Assembly: GCA_020184695.1 (NCBI GenBank)
Contig: JAANOX010000033.1
Coordinates: forward strand, 248,001 to 312,000
Length of the DNA stretch: 64,000 bases
Source: Histomonas meleagridis 2922-C6/04-290x
Taxonomy: Eukaryota > Protista > Parabasalia
Reading direction: 5' to 3'
The notes beneath the pieces were generated by a model, which did not search any database, was not told the DNA's origin, and was given only the letters and a program-made list of their open reading frames with translations. Within the stretch, counting starts at the first letter, position 1. The number at the start of each line of letters is the position of its first letter. Positions 45,852-57,177 of the stretch are shown here, one piece after another. The position numbers and the translations under genes were made by a program.

Positions 45852-46565
45852 TTAAATTGTGGTCGTATTTGCGATAGTGAATAAAGAGAATGATGGTAAA
45901 CAAACAAGTTTTCCATCGATTTTATTCTTTTTTGCCTTTAGGATCATCTTGTCGAAGCTAAAATCTGTGTTAAAATCAAACTTAAGAGGGCCATTTTCTT
46001 CAAGCTCAAATTTTTGCTTGTAAACCAATTTATTCTCTAAGTAAAACTTAGTTTTGACTTTCTTGATTTGACATGGAATATTTACAAGTGGCTTAAACTG
46101 GATACCGTTTGGCGAACAATCATCTGGATTTATAGGGGTAAATACAAAGTCATGGTCTAAATCATCAACAATTAGTCCGTCATAGATTGGAATATTTGGA
46201 AATAATTTTTCACTTGATGACATAAAAGCTGATTTCAATAAACCCATTATTGAGCTTTGTTCGTGTTTAACAGTTTCAAGCGCAATTGGGAGTTCTGCAA
46301 TGAGAAAATTTTTGTTATCAAGTTGGTATGAGGATATTATTTGATCAATTTTCTCGTTTAATTTTTGGAAATTTGCTTCAGCCATTTTTAGTATTTCTGA
46401 CATGTCTGTGTTTTCTTCTTTAATTAGAGAGTCAATATAATCCGAAGTTAAATTAAGTAGTCCTTCGATAGAATCTAATTTACCTATTTCTTCAGTTACT
46501 AAGGAATTTTGTTCTTTGTTTTGTTCTATTAGAAAAGAATGAATAAAATAGATTACAAAGAACAT
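45852..46565 (-). CDS. Hypothetical protein: N-terminal hydrophobic segment, coiled coil, beta-rich C-terminal domain (SUN-like possibility)
   Basis: 237-aa open frame ending VCLPSFSLF. The SUN resemblance is weak. Confidence 0.5.
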   Translation of the reverse strand: MFFVIYFIHSFLIEQNKEQNSLVTEEIGKLDSIEGLLNLTSDYIDSLIKEENTDMSEILKMAEANFQKLNEKIDQIISSYQLDNKNFLIAELPIALETVKHEQSSIMGLLKSAFMSSSEKLFPNIPIYDGLIVDDLDHDFVFTPINPDDCSPNGIQFKPLVNIPCQIKKVKTKFYLENKLVYKQKFELEENGPLKFDFNTDFSFDKMILKAKKNKIDGKLVCLPSFSLFTIANTTTI

Positions 46566-46630
46566 TTTTTAATTCTGATGATTAACGTACTTTATTAATC
46601 AATTGAATAAGTTTGTTTGAATTGGCAAAG

Positions 46631-47146
46631 ATGAGTTTTTTGGATCGTGTTTTTGGTTGGTGTGCAGATATTGAAATGCAATGGGATAAAGACAACTTAG
46701 AACCCAATGCAAATTTTGCGCATGGAAACCAAAAAACTCATCTTTATCAAAACCCTTTACAACGAAATGATTATCAAGATATTTCCATTCAAACAGAAAT
46801 AACGCCAACAGAAAACTTAACAGAAAGAAGTAAGAAACCAGCTTTCATACAAAATCCGCAAATTACTATATCACTTCCAAATAATACAATTATTCATTCT
46901 CATGGTTTCAGAGCTCTCAATGATTTTGATCTTCAGACAAATGACTTTAACCATGTTTCTGAGTGTAATTTTGTTTTTAATGCTAAAAGTGATTATCAAA
47001 CTCCTACATTTGAATCTAAATACACTATTCCTGATCAAAAAGAAAACCAACTCCAAGAAATAAAAGAACAACATTTCCAGCCAATGGAATTGGAGAAAGA
47101 ACCAGAATTACCATCACCAAAAGGACATTTTATATTTTCAAATTAA
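46631..47146 (+). CDS. Hypothetical low-complexity protein
   Basis: Open frame from ATG 46631 (MSFLDRVFGW); stop in TAAA context. Confidence 0.55.
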   Translation: MSFLDRVFGWCADIEMQWDKDNLEPNANFAHGNQKTHLYQNPLQRNDYQDISIQTEITPTENLTERSKKPAFIQNPQITISLPNNTIIHSHGFRALNDFDLQTNDFNHVSECNFVFNAKSDYQTPTFESKYTIPDQKENQLQEIKEQHFQPMELEKEPELPSPKGHFIFSN

Positions 47147-47344
47147 AACTGTTTCTCGAAAACAAGCATAATCTTATTTCCTACATGAACAGTGGCATAG
47201 GTCATCTTAGCGATACGAAATAATTCATATTTTATTCGATTGAAATTTGCAATATATTTAATGTTATTCACAACTCATAAAGTAATCACAGCGTATTTCT
47301 TTGACAATTCATTGATCTCATTTGTATATAAATAAAAACATTTA

Positions 47345-49861
47345 CTAACAAAATAAGAATCTTTCGTCTATTATTTCTTTATCTCTTAATCCGATTTTTG
47401 TTCTAATTTCGAATATCCATTTCACGATATTATCCAAAACGAAAATGACAAACGCCGCAATCACAGCAGAATCCGACAAAATATCGACGATAGCGAACAA
47501 GCACAAGTAAACGGTCATCAGAAACCCCTGAATCCCATACAAAAAGTTATGTTTGAACAGCAAATTTGGCGCCTTTACGAAAACTGAATCTTCTTGCACA
47601 ACAGGTCCGAAGTCGCAAACGTGCGCCCAACTCCATTGCCCTTCCACATATTTATCTTCATTTTCGTTATCTATAAATTTACGGAGGAACATATTTAAGT
47701 TTTTATAATTTTCATTTTCATTTTCATTTTCATTTTTTTTGTTTTTCAAATTTTCGAATTTCTTTTGTAATACGTAATAAAAATCAGTTGACAAATACAC
47801 TTCGAAATATGAATCATTAATCGATAACTCGTAAGAGACGTCGTCTTTGACGTCATTTGGATCAGAGTTATCATTTAATGTTTCATCATATTCATCGTCA
47901 TCACTATTAACTCTTCCATGAATGTAATATCCATAGTTTGGAAGTTGTAAAACGAAAAGCGAAAAATTCATTTGGTGTATTAAATCGATAAAACTTAAAA
48001 ACGGGTTATTAACAAAGTTAAAATATATTAACTCAATGAATACGTATTGAATTAATATTAATAACAACCAAAAAAATGAATCGATAGCAAACTTGATGAT
48101 ATCATAAGAGATTCCAATGTTAATGAGTTCAGTTGTTGGAATTGGTGATGACCAAAACTTTAAATTAATTCCTTCGAGTAAAAAAACCATAAAAATTAAA
48201 GTGAAATTTATATTATAACTTCGAACTTTTTGTAATTTCTTATGTTCGTTCGAAATTATAATTCTTTTCCAATTGTTTTTATCATTAACATTGTTATCCC
48301 AATCAATTAAAAAGAAATTTATTCCACTTTGATATATGACTTTAAGTATTATTCCAATTATCAGAAGAACAAATGATATATATAATAAAACTATTAATAT
48401 TTCATAGTCTTCTTCTTTGGATAATAAAGTAAAAGTTTTTTTGGAAAATTTATAAAAAAATAAAAAATATAAACAAAAAATAGTGACAAGTATAAATATT
48501 AATATTCCAACAGTCTCAAAGAGAAAACTTATGATGTGTATTGTGTTTCGATTATTCGTTCCTCCATATGTATATTGGCGAACATAAAGAATTAAATGAA
48601 CAATAAATAAAATTAATGCAATTAAAGCAAATATAATTCCCACATAAAGTAACGCATCATTAAATTTGTTCGTGGGTATTGTATACATTACATTAAAAGT
48701 GAACTTGGGATGTGAATTTGTTTCTGATTGAACATCTGTATATAAAACTTGTGAATATTCAATAATGAAATATGGAGTTAGCAATGAATTGAGTGATCTT
48801 TCATTGACATTAAAGATAATTTCGATGTTTTTTGCATATTGAATATAATAACCGGTCGAATTATATGAAGAATAATTATCATAGATAAAAAACCTTCGAA
48901 ACAATTTGTATTCGTTTGTGTTGTTTCCTCGATTTACTTCTTTTTGATTAGTTGGTGATCGATAATTTTTGACTAATACTGGAATTGGTCTAAGTGATGG
49001 ATTAGATGTATTTACATCATCTTGGAAAAAGGGGTCATAGAAATCAGTGCTAAATGTTGGTAGAGAATCGTATAAATCAAAAGCACAATTACTTTGATAA
49101 TTAATTCCAAATTCTCTCCACAATTCTCTCTTGTCATTAGTAGTCCCACACCTCTGGAAATCGTAACGAAGCTCATGAAAACCTAGAAATACTCCTTCTT
49201 TGCTGAAACGAGCAAGTTGAATGGTAACGAGTTGACCGTTTGTGTATGATGTTGCAACTTTTTCCTCATTTATCACGTGGTTGAAAGTATCGGTGTATTC
49301 TAGGAATGGTGCTGTGGTAGGCCAGTCATAATAGCCATATTGGTTTTTTGTATTAGGTGGTACAATTTGATTTAAATATGAACATCCAATTGATTGTGAG
49401 TCATACATGGATAAAACACATAAGTTAGCAAGAAAATTACATGCTGTTTGATTGGCTTGATTAAATGAGCATTTAAGAGCAGCTTCAAAAATTTGTGTAT
49501 ACAATTGATCTGAAACTGTTATTGTTTGAGAAGTTTTTGCACTATTAGAATTTATAATGTCATTATACCTTAAACTGATTGTTTGAGGAAACTCTTGTTT
49601 GAAACCATTAAATAATTCTTCATCAATACATAAATTGTATTGATGAAACGTACATGTAGATACACAACTTTGATCACTAATATTGGTGAAATACCCTTTG
49701 TTTGGATCACAAAGACATTTATGGTTTATCAGTGATGTAGGTGGTATGCATTCGAATGAATTAGAATTAAAAACCCAATCATTATATGATTTGTTTGGAG
49801 TAATGCTATAAAGAACAGGGAGGTCTATGGATAAAACAGCTGGAATGAAAAATAACATCAT
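47345..49861 (-). CDS. TMEM67: Meckelin (transition-zone protein TMEM67/MKS3)
   Basis: Signal peptide, Cys-rich N-terminus, ACNFLANLCVLSMY, PIPVLVKNY, RRFFIYDN, FFLIDWD, WKRIIISNE..KLQ, GYYIHGR, and multiple TM helices. Confidence 0.88.
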   Translation of the reverse strand: MMLFFIPAVLSIDLPVLYSITPNKSYNDWVFNSNSFECIPPTSLINHKCLCDPNKGYFTNISDQSCVSTCTFHQYNLCIDEELFNGFKQEFPQTISLRYNDIINSNSAKTSQTITVSDQLYTQIFEAALKCSFNQANQTACNFLANLCVLSMYDSQSIGCSYLNQIVPPNTKNQYGYYDWPTTAPFLEYTDTFNHVINEEKVATSYTNGQLVTIQLARFSKEGVFLGFHELRYDFQRCGTTNDKRELWREFGINYQSNCAFDLYDSLPTFSTDFYDPFFQDDVNTSNPSLRPIPVLVKNYRSPTNQKEVNRGNNTNEYKLFRRFFIYDNYSSYNSTGYYIQYAKNIEIIFNVNERSLNSLLTPYFIIEYSQVLYTDVQSETNSHPKFTFNVMYTIPTNKFNDALLYVGIIFALIALILFIVHLILYVRQYTYGGTNNRNTIHIISFLFETVGILIFILVTIFCLYFLFFYKFSKKTFTLLSKEEDYEILIVLLYISFVLLIIGIILKVIYQSGINFFLIDWDNNVNDKNNWKRIIISNEHKKLQKVRSYNINFTLIFMVFLLEGINLKFWSSPIPTTELINIGISYDIIKFAIDSFFWLLLILIQYVFIELIYFNFVNNPFLSFIDLIHQMNFSLFVLQLPNYGYYIHGRVNSDDDEYDETLNDNSDPNDVKDDVSYELSINDSYFEVYLSTDFYYVLQKKFENLKNKKNENENENENYKNLNMFLRKFIDNENEDKYVEGQWSWAHVCDFGPVVQEDSVFVKAPNLLFKHNFLYGIQGFLMTVYLCLFAIVDILSDSAVIAAFVIFVLDNIVKWIFEIRTKIGLRDKEIIDERFLFC

Positions 49862-50342
49862 TTTCCATATTGATACGTTTATTAATACGTGTTTTTTCAT
49901 CACTTTTTTATAAATAACTGAATTACAATTTATCACAATCGTAAGTAATCTTTATTTGCAAAGGAAAGAAATCATCAAAAAAAAAATACAAAATAATATC
50001 TAAATTTGCTTTGGTTATTCGTTATATTAAAACAATGGGTTTTATTATATATGTCAAAACATAAAAAATAACCAATAGTCACAAATTATTTCGTTGACTA
50101 CAGATTACAACGATACAAATGATGATTGAAATTTGAGTGGGCGATTGGCCAAACAACGAGGCAACTGTAAAAATTTAGAAAACGAGAAACAGCATTTATT
50201 AAGTAATCATTTCTTTATCAAGCAAAGAACATGAAAATATGATTAAAAAAGTTTTTAATTATGATTTCAAAAATAAAATTAAATAAGCATGGCTTTTAAT
50301 ATATGTATTTCTAAGTAAAAAACCGATTTTTCTAGTATCGAT

Positions 50343-50894
50343 TTAGAACCACCCATAATCAAAGTCATTTAAATAATCGATTGGAAAGAATTCCGGCTCA
50401 TTTTTTGATTCTTCAATAAGCCTTTCAAATGCATTTACCCTTATGTCTTCATCTGTCTCTTTTTTTGGTTCGACAATTTTAGCGACCACTTGAGGTTCTT
50501 CTGATTTTTGGTTAATTTTCCATTTTAAAACCCTATTGCGTACTCTTTCCAATTTGTTCCATCTATTTTTAATGCTTATGTCTGTTCTTCTATCGAAGAA
50601 TTGTTCTAATAATTTCCATTTATGTCCATATTCTTGGACTTTTTGTGTTAAAAGTTCATCTTCTTCTTTTGTCCAAGGAGTTTGATTAAGTGTAGGATCA
50701 AGATAATGAAGATATCTTTCTCTGCATTGTCTGACATCTCTTCCATTCATTTTGGATGCTATTAAATTCCATTGACTTGTCCCATATTGTTTAACAAGTT
50801 CTTTAAGATGTTCATCTTCTTCAGGAGAAAAACTATTTCTCACGAATGGTTTTTTATTACTGAGGAAGTTAAGATATTCTTTTTTAAATTCCAT
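50343..50894 (-). CDS. R2R3 Myb DNA-binding protein
   Basis: FSPEEDEHLKELVKQYGTSQWNLIA...RQCRERYLHYLDP...PWTKEEDELL..KVQEYGHKW...DISIKNRW. Confidence 0.92.
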   Translation of the reverse strand: MEFKKEYLNFLSNKKPFVRNSFSPEEDEHLKELVKQYGTSQWNLIASKMNGRDVRQCRERYLHYLDPTLNQTPWTKEEDELLTQKVQEYGHKWKLLEQFFDRRTDISIKNRWNKLERVRNRVLKWKINQKSEEPQVVAKIVEPKKETDEDIRVNAFERLIEESKNEPEFFPIDYLNDFDYGWF

Positions 50895-51716
50895 GAACAA
50901 GAGTGAGGTGATGGGTTTATTGGCATCAAGTGAAGTTTTACAACGCTTTTCTGAAGATATAATTGAATTGAAGCTTCTTTCTCGGCCACCAAAAGTATGG
51001 ACCTATTTATTATAGAGTTACCTATTTTGAATGAGTATTCAATTAACGAGGAGGCACGTTTAAAATCGCGTGAGGGCTTCATTCTGCCTTCAATTCCATG
51101 ATATTTAAAAAGTAGAACACGTATTCAAAAAGGTTTGTTGTATGATTACAAAAATTCGAAAATGGTTATGTAAAATATTCAAAAGATTATTGGTTGTAAA
51201 GTAAACAAATTTAAAACGTGCTCATGATAACAAAGCTACTTTAAAACAATTCAATTTTTTCAACAAAGACACAATTTTGAGTATCATAGAATCTGGATTA
51301 ATGGTTATTTTGGTGTTGAATCATTAATGTTTCAAACATTCAAGCTTGAATGTTACATTTCATTTAGGAAAGAAGAACCTGATGATAAAATTTTGATTTA
51401 AATAAAATGGAATATTTTAAAAGAATTTGAAGTGGGATGAAGGATGGGATACGATCAAAAGGAAAACTGATCTACAAACAATAATAAAAAAGGGAAGCCA
51501 AATAGGTGTATGATAAAATTTAATGTAATCAGAAAATTATAAAAATTAATCGACGAGAATGAAAATAGGGTCAAAATATGCACCACAGGAAAAAATGAAT
51601 ACCAAAAGCTTATTTGTAAGAGAATATTTTGCTTTCATACATATTTAAGCAAGTTTCTTTACTAAAACCTCCGATGATTAATTATTTGAAAACTTTTTCT
51701 GACATTATTGAATTTA

Positions 51717-51724
51717 AACGGTTT
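51717..51724 (+). promoter_or_regulatory. RRCGGTT-type (trichomonad M3/Myb-site-like) core promoter motif
   Basis: aacggttt about 20 nt before the Rab ATG. The same motif occurs at 56536-56543 (Rho), 60465-60472 (ankyrin gene) and as ggcggttt at 58711-58718 (enolase). Confidence 0.4.
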
Positions 51725-51744
51725 TGACGTCAGGCAGATTGCCT

Positions 51745-52335
51745 ATGGATTTCAAGATCGTTTTCTTTGGCCCATCAAACGCTGGTAAAACTTCGATTAT
51801 TGAGAGGTACTGCAGCAATGTATTTAATGTTGATACTCTTTCTACAATTGGGGCTCAATTTTTCACAAAAACAATCGAAGTTAATAATGAATTGATTAAC
51901 CTGTATATATGGGATACAGCAGGCGACGAACGCTTTGGGTCAATGCAAACGTCGTATGTTCGTGGATCTAATGCCCTTGTTTTAACTTATGATTTGTCGA
52001 ATCCAAATTATGAATATTTAAAAAACATGCTTCGCTTATTTAGAGATGAAGTTAAAGCCGAGTCACCAGAAAAGCTGCCTGTTATGATTTTAGGAAATAA
52101 ATTAGATCTTATTGATGATAGTGATATTGACAGATTAAAAATGGAAGTCGAAGAATTTTGCAGGCAAACAAACCTTTCTCTTTACCAATTTGTTTCAGCA
52201 AAAGAAGATACAAACATTAATGAATCATTTTTGTTACTCAGTGAGCAATTAATTAAAGTAGAAACTTACTCAGCAGCGCCATCAATCCAGCTAATGGCAG
52301 GCGGCAAAAAGCAAAATTCTGGTAATTGCTGCTGA
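51745..52335 (+). CDS. Divergent Rab GTPase
   Basis: GPSNAGKTS, TIGAQF, WDTAGDERF, NKLD, SAK, C-terminal CC. Confidence 0.9.
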   Translation: MDFKIVFFGPSNAGKTSIIERYCSNVFNVDTLSTIGAQFFTKTIEVNNELINLYIWDTAGDERFGSMQTSYVRGSNALVLTYDLSNPNYEYLKNMLRLFRDEVKAESPEKLPVMILGNKLDLIDDSDIDRLKMEVEEFCRQTNLSLYQFVSAKEDTNINESFLLLSEQLIKVETYSAAPSIQLMAGGKKQNSGNCC

Positions 52336-52552
52336 TTTTAAATTATTTTTGTTTGATAAATAAACAATATCTAATCTTTAACATTCAACAGTGTTTTAGC
52401 AAAAGCAAAATTGTGATTGTTATCATTTACACAAAGTGAGCAAGAATCAAAATAAAGAGAAAAATAATAATCCGGATACCTCATCGTTAATACCACAAAT
52501 AAGGTTTATTTTGGACAATAATGCCAAAGGGTATGCTATATACTATGCCCTA

Positions 52553-53110
52553 ATGCAAGAAAAAACGATTCTGGAATTGTTTTTTGAAATTCAATTTGCC
52601 TTACTGAATTTAAAAAGTGTCATAATTTTAGATTCACCAATGAGTAAGCCCGTTGAGGTTATGCCAATTGACAGTTGGCTAGCGACTTTGCGCTTAGCAA
52701 ACTTCTGTCCAACGTCGCTCTCGATTGATGATCTTCATGGATTAACTCGATTGGAGAATGGATCTTCATCGAATGTTCAATACATTCCTCCTTCTCCTTC
52801 TGTGTCAGTAGAAAAAATAGGAACTGAACCTCTGTCTCCAAAACGTACTCCTAGAAGGAATAGATTCGATTTTCTTCTTTCAGATGTGAAAATTGAAGAA
52901 GCTCCAAAACAGAGAAGTAAAATGCAGTATGAACTTTCCAATATGACAAGGCTTCGTGCTCCAGGTAAAATTGGTGATTCGTTGATAATTGTATCATTAT
53001 CTTCGTCAAATTTATCAAAAGATACCCCAGACGGTAGCTACGATCAGTTGGATAATGTGAGTTCTGGTTCAGATTCAATGTCGCGATCAGGTTCTGATTC
53101 GATTGTGTGA
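52553..53110 (+). CDS. Hypothetical Ser/Pro-rich protein
   Basis: Open frame with first ATG at 52553; no recognisable domain. Confidence 0.5.
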   Translation: MQEKTILELFFEIQFALLNLKSVIILDSPMSKPVEVMPIDSWLATLRLANFCPTSLSIDDLHGLTRLENGSSSNVQYIPPSPSVSVEKIGTEPLSPKRTPRRNRFDFLLSDVKIEEAPKQRSKMQYELSNMTRLRAPGKIGDSLIIVSLSSSNLSKDTPDGSYDQLDNVSSGSDSMSRSGSDSIV

Positions 53111-53563
53111 GATAGTGTTTTGCAAATTTCCCCATGAAGGCATGCGCTAAAAATGTGTCTTTCAGCAGGAACTTATATCCCTTGTTCCTACGTTGAAACC
53201 TTGTTAAAATGCTCAATAACACATTTTTATTCGAATGAGAATTTTTTATGTGTTTCGTTTCATAGAGGTTGATTTAAGGTATTAAAACAGAGTAAGTGAT
53301 TATCTATTGAATTATATTTCTATTTTTATTAAAAGATTCAATTTCATAAAAATTTTTTATATGGAATATTTGTAGAGAACCTAAAAAAATAAAGAACTAA
53401 TTATTAAAAAAATAAATAAAAAGACTACGTTTGGGAATTTATTATTGAGTGACTAAATAATGGACATTTTCATGTTTTCAAAGTTACTGAAAAACGATTT
53501 GAATAGTTAAAAACGTTTTTCTTTTCAATGATCTAACGATAGAGCTGAAAAAAGCAAAGAAAA

Positions 53564-54514
53564 ATGCAAACACCCCAAAACTCAAACATTCCAACAATAG
53601 ATTTAAAACAAATTCATCAAACTATAAACAAAGTAAATGAAAGTGCTAGGCAATTTTTTATGTTAAATAATAGAGAAAGTAATTTATTTATTACTCCAAA
53701 TATTAATTTACAAAAACCAGAAATAAAAAATACATTATTCGAAACGCCAAAAAATGCAGATAATGAAAAGCCTAAAAAGCGCCCAGGTAGACCAAGAACT
53801 CGCCCAGAAAAACCAACTCCAAAAAAGAGAAAAAGAGATGTCGAGTCAACAGCTCCAATTCAGACAAGATCAAGATCTAAGACCACCAAGTCAAATGAGG
53901 AAAATAAACCAACAAATTCAATTCCAAAAACAGTGGGAAATATTGATTCCAATTTAGATCTTTATGAAATTGTTGAAGACATCAAGAAGAATATAAGCGC
54001 TCATAAAGAAAACACTATAACAGTTATAAAAAGAAATGATGAAATAATTCCAGATATCAATAATTTGGATAAAAAGTCATTTTCATACATTCCTGATATT
54101 GCGCCTTCTAGCTTTATTCGATCACGCGAAAAGCAGCTTGAATCCTTCAAATCGAAAAGCAAAAATGACTTTTTTTTCCAACTTGATTCCAATGTAAATT
54201 ACAATATGATGAGCCAAATCAAACAAGAGCCACCACAACCGCAATCGCAACCACAGTCACAGCCGCTGTCGCAACCACAATCACAGCCACAGTCACAGAA
54301 GCCTTCAAATAATGTATCTGTTGCATTGACGTATCCAAGTTCAACAGCGCAAAGCGCCAAATCACAGAACCCTCAAAACAAAATTCTCAATTTTAAAGAT
54401 TTTATAATGGAAAATAACAAGCGGCAGGTGCAAAATCAACAGCAAATGAATGTTAATACAAATCCTCAACAACAACAAAGTACGCAAGAACAAACAAAAA
54501 ATACTAACAGATAA
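53564..54514 (+). CDS. AT-hook protein with basic NLS-like patch and Q/P/S low-complexity tail
   Basis: KKRPGRPR AT-hook, KKRKR, (QPQS)n repeat near 54225-54300. Confidence 0.7.
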   Translation: MQTPQNSNIPTIDLKQIHQTINKVNESARQFFMLNNRESNLFITPNINLQKPEIKNTLFETPKNADNEKPKKRPGRPRTRPEKPTPKKRKRDVESTAPIQTRSRSKTTKSNEENKPTNSIPKTVGNIDSNLDLYEIVEDIKKNISAHKENTITVIKRNDEIIPDINNLDKKSFSYIPDIAPSSFIRSREKQLESFKSKSKNDFFFQLDSNVNYNMMSQIKQEPPQPQSQPQSQPLSQPQSQPQSQKPSNNVSVALTYPSSTAQSAKSQNPQNKILNFKDFIMENNKRQVQNQQQMNVNTNPQQQQSTQEQTKNTNR

Positions 54515-54699
54515 AAATTTACGTTTTATGCTTCATGGATTAAATAGAATAATTATAATAAATTTTTTTTTGAAAAAAATCAATTTCTTTTGAATTTAAA
54601 ATTTGATTTTCATGTTCTTTTATTTAAAAAAAAAAATATTTTTTTTTCTTTACATTTTGTTTTAGTTTTCTTCTTTTGTTAACGTACTCTTTTTATGTC

Positions 54700-56367
54700 A
54701 TGGAAGAAGAAGATCCTTTAAAAAATCTTCTAAATTATTTAGATGCTGCTGAAACAAATGAAGTACAAGAAACTCTACAATTAAACACTACAAATGAAGA
54801 ACAAGCACAAGTTAATTCAAAAATGTTGGCTTTAGAGGAAAAACTTAAAGAAGCCAAAAAGAAAGAAGAAAAAGTAATAGAAGAACTAAGCAAGGTTATT
54901 ACACTTTCTAATCAAGAAAAGGTATCAATCAAAGACCAGATAGATCAAAAATTGAAAAGTCAAAAATCCAAATTTGAAGCAGCAATATCACGCCATCAAA
55001 CAACATTAAATAATTTAATTCAAGAAAGAGATAATCTCAAATCACAATGTGAAAGTCTTGAATCCAAATTAACTGTTGCAAGAAAAGAATCTGAGAAAAG
55101 AGACAAAATGATCAAAGAACAAATTGCTCTAAAAGCTGCACAACAAAAGGAGCTTGCCATTACCGAGGAAAGGATTCGACAAGAAAAAATCATCAAGAAG
55201 AAAACTGCTGAACTTAAAAAAGCCGCCATCCAAAGTTTTGAGCCCGAACTCCAACAAATAATATCACAACACAAGCAAGAAATTAAAGCAATCAAAGAGT
55301 CACATGAGAAAGAACTACAAGCCGCTAAAGAAGCATCTGAAATTCGCTTCAACACAGAAAAACAACGAATTATTAATCAACTTGAAAAAGAAAGAAAAGA
55401 AGAAATCGAATCATTAGAAGAACGTTTTCAAAAACAACTCGAACGTGAGAAAGAACTTCATAAAGCTGAACTTGAAACACTTTCTTTAAAATTACTTAGT
55501 GTTAAAAATGAAAAGAATAATTCGATCCAACATGCAAAAGAAGAAGGAGAAAAACTTTTAGCTGAAACACGTGATCGATTAAAATTAGAGCTTTCTAAGG
55601 AAAGTCTTAGGATTGCACAAGAAATCGAGAAAATAGATAATATCACAAAAGAGGCAAATGATAAAATAAAAAAAGACGCATTAATTGAAATGAATGTAAT
55701 TAAAGATGAAATACGTAAAAAAACTGAAATTGAAATCAAAAAGAAAAACGAAGAAAAATTAAAAATAGTAATGAAAAAGCTTGAAGAAGATATGGAACAA
55801 AAAAAGAAACAATTGATGAAAGAAGCAGAAAAAAGAATTGAAGAATCACAAGCTGATAAACTTTTAGAATTAAAATCACTTAAAGAAGAATTAAAACAGA
55901 ATCAAAAAGAACTTGAAAATATAAAACAATCATATGATAATGAAAAGAAACTTTGTGAAAAACTTGAATTAGAAAATGAAAATTTGTTAAATGAAATTAA
56001 TAAACAAAGAGAACATAAAAATGAACTTCAATCTTTACTTAGTGAAAAAGAAAAAGAATTAATGAAAGCTAAAGAACAAAGAAAACAAAAGGAATTAGAA
56101 AATAATGAAACTTTTGAAAAAATTAAAAATGATCTTATTAAACAATATGAAGAAGCAAAAAATGAATACGAAAAGCAAAAGCAAAAATGGTTAAAAGAAA
56201 GAAAAATGATTGAAGAAAAGAATACGGCTGAAATTAATGCTATTTCTAGAAAAGTAAAAACATTAATCGAGGCAAAAGAACAAAAAATTCAACAATTGAA
56301 TGAACAGTTATCGAAATCACAATCAAAGTTACAAGAAATAAAAAATTTATTCAAAGAAAATCAATGA
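54700..56367 (+). CDS. CEP131: Centriolar satellite coiled-coil protein, CEP131/AZI1-like
   Basis: ISRHQTTLNNLIQERDNLKSQCE, IQSFEPELQQIISQHKQEI and EINAISRKVKTLIEAKE match recalled CEP131 segments (IQRHL.FIDQLI.DK..L...CE; GLEPEIQ.LI..HK.E; EL..VH.RVK.A...KE). Confidence 0.6.
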   Translation: MEEEDPLKNLLNYLDAAETNEVQETLQLNTTNEEQAQVNSKMLALEEKLKEAKKKEEKVIEELSKVITLSNQEKVSIKDQIDQKLKSQKSKFEAAISRHQTTLNNLIQERDNLKSQCESLESKLTVARKESEKRDKMIKEQIALKAAQQKELAITEERIRQEKIIKKKTAELKKAAIQSFEPELQQIISQHKQEIKAIKESHEKELQAAKEASEIRFNTEKQRIINQLEKERKEEIESLEERFQKQLEREKELHKAELETLSLKLLSVKNEKNNSIQHAKEEGEKLLAETRDRLKLELSKESLRIAQEIEKIDNITKEANDKIKKDALIEMNVIKDEIRKKTEIEIKKKNEEKLKIVMKKLEEDMEQKKKQLMKEAEKRIEESQADKLLELKSLKEELKQNQKELENIKQSYDNEKKLCEKLELENENLLNEINKQREHKNELQSLLSEKEKELMKAKEQRKQKELENNETFEKIKNDLIKQYEEAKNEYEKQKQKWLKERKMIEEKNTAEINAISRKVKTLIEAKEQKIQQLNEQLSKSQSKLQEIKNLFKENQ

Positions 56368-56557
56368 ACACTTAATGATCAATTAATAGAAGATACAAAA
56401 TATGTGTTTATATAAATATCATGTTAATTATGTTATAATTTTTTTCAGCTTCGATGTTTTGAAACTTGGTTTGACAAACGTCCAACAAATCGAAAGCGGC
56501 CGTTAAAAAGCATCGTCACTTTTTATTCAAGCCTAAACGGTTTATACAAAATCTTGT

Positions 56558-57177
56558 ATGAAGGAATCAAAATAAACATTGTTGGAGATAATGGCGTGGG
56601 TAAAACTTCTTTAGTGATGACGCATAATAATGGCGTATTCCCAAATTCCAATAAAATTCGATGTTGTTCAGGAAACTTTCAAAAAGATGTTAATTCCAAT
56701 GGAAAACCAATTAAACTGAACATTTGGGACGTGTGTGCTGGAGGCGAAGATGTTTCACATTTGAGAACACTGAGTTATCCAAATACTAGTGTTTTTCTTA
56801 TTTGCTTTTCGCTTGTATATCCAATGTCATTAAAAAATGTAGCAAATGTATGGGCTCCAGAGGTAAGGAAATTTTGTCCTGATGTGCCTATTATTTTGGT
56901 AGGAACGAAATCAGATCTTAGAGAGAACCCAAATCCTAAAGACATTTTTTTCCATAAACCTATTTCTTCGGACAAAGGCATAGTTATGGCAAAAGAAATT
57001 GGTGCTTTTTCTTATATTGAATGTTCTTCGAAAATTAGATATAATTTGGATGAAACTTTTCAACTTGCAGTTGAATGTTTCCTGGAAAGGATGAATAGTT
57101 TAACTTCACAAATATGGTTATTTTTGAATACTTTACAAATAGTTTTTGATGATTGTAAGCAGCAAAAAAAATGTTAA
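56558..57177 (+). pseudogene. Rho/Rac-family GTPase with 1-nt frame break just after the ATG and an atypical C-terminus
   Basis: GDNGVGKTS, WDV, LRTLSYPNTSVFLICFS, ILVGTKSDLR, YIECSS. ATG AAG GAA at 56558 is one base out of frame with TC AAA ATA AAC (MKE-IK). No CAAX; the ORF ends CKQQKKC*. Confidence 0.7.
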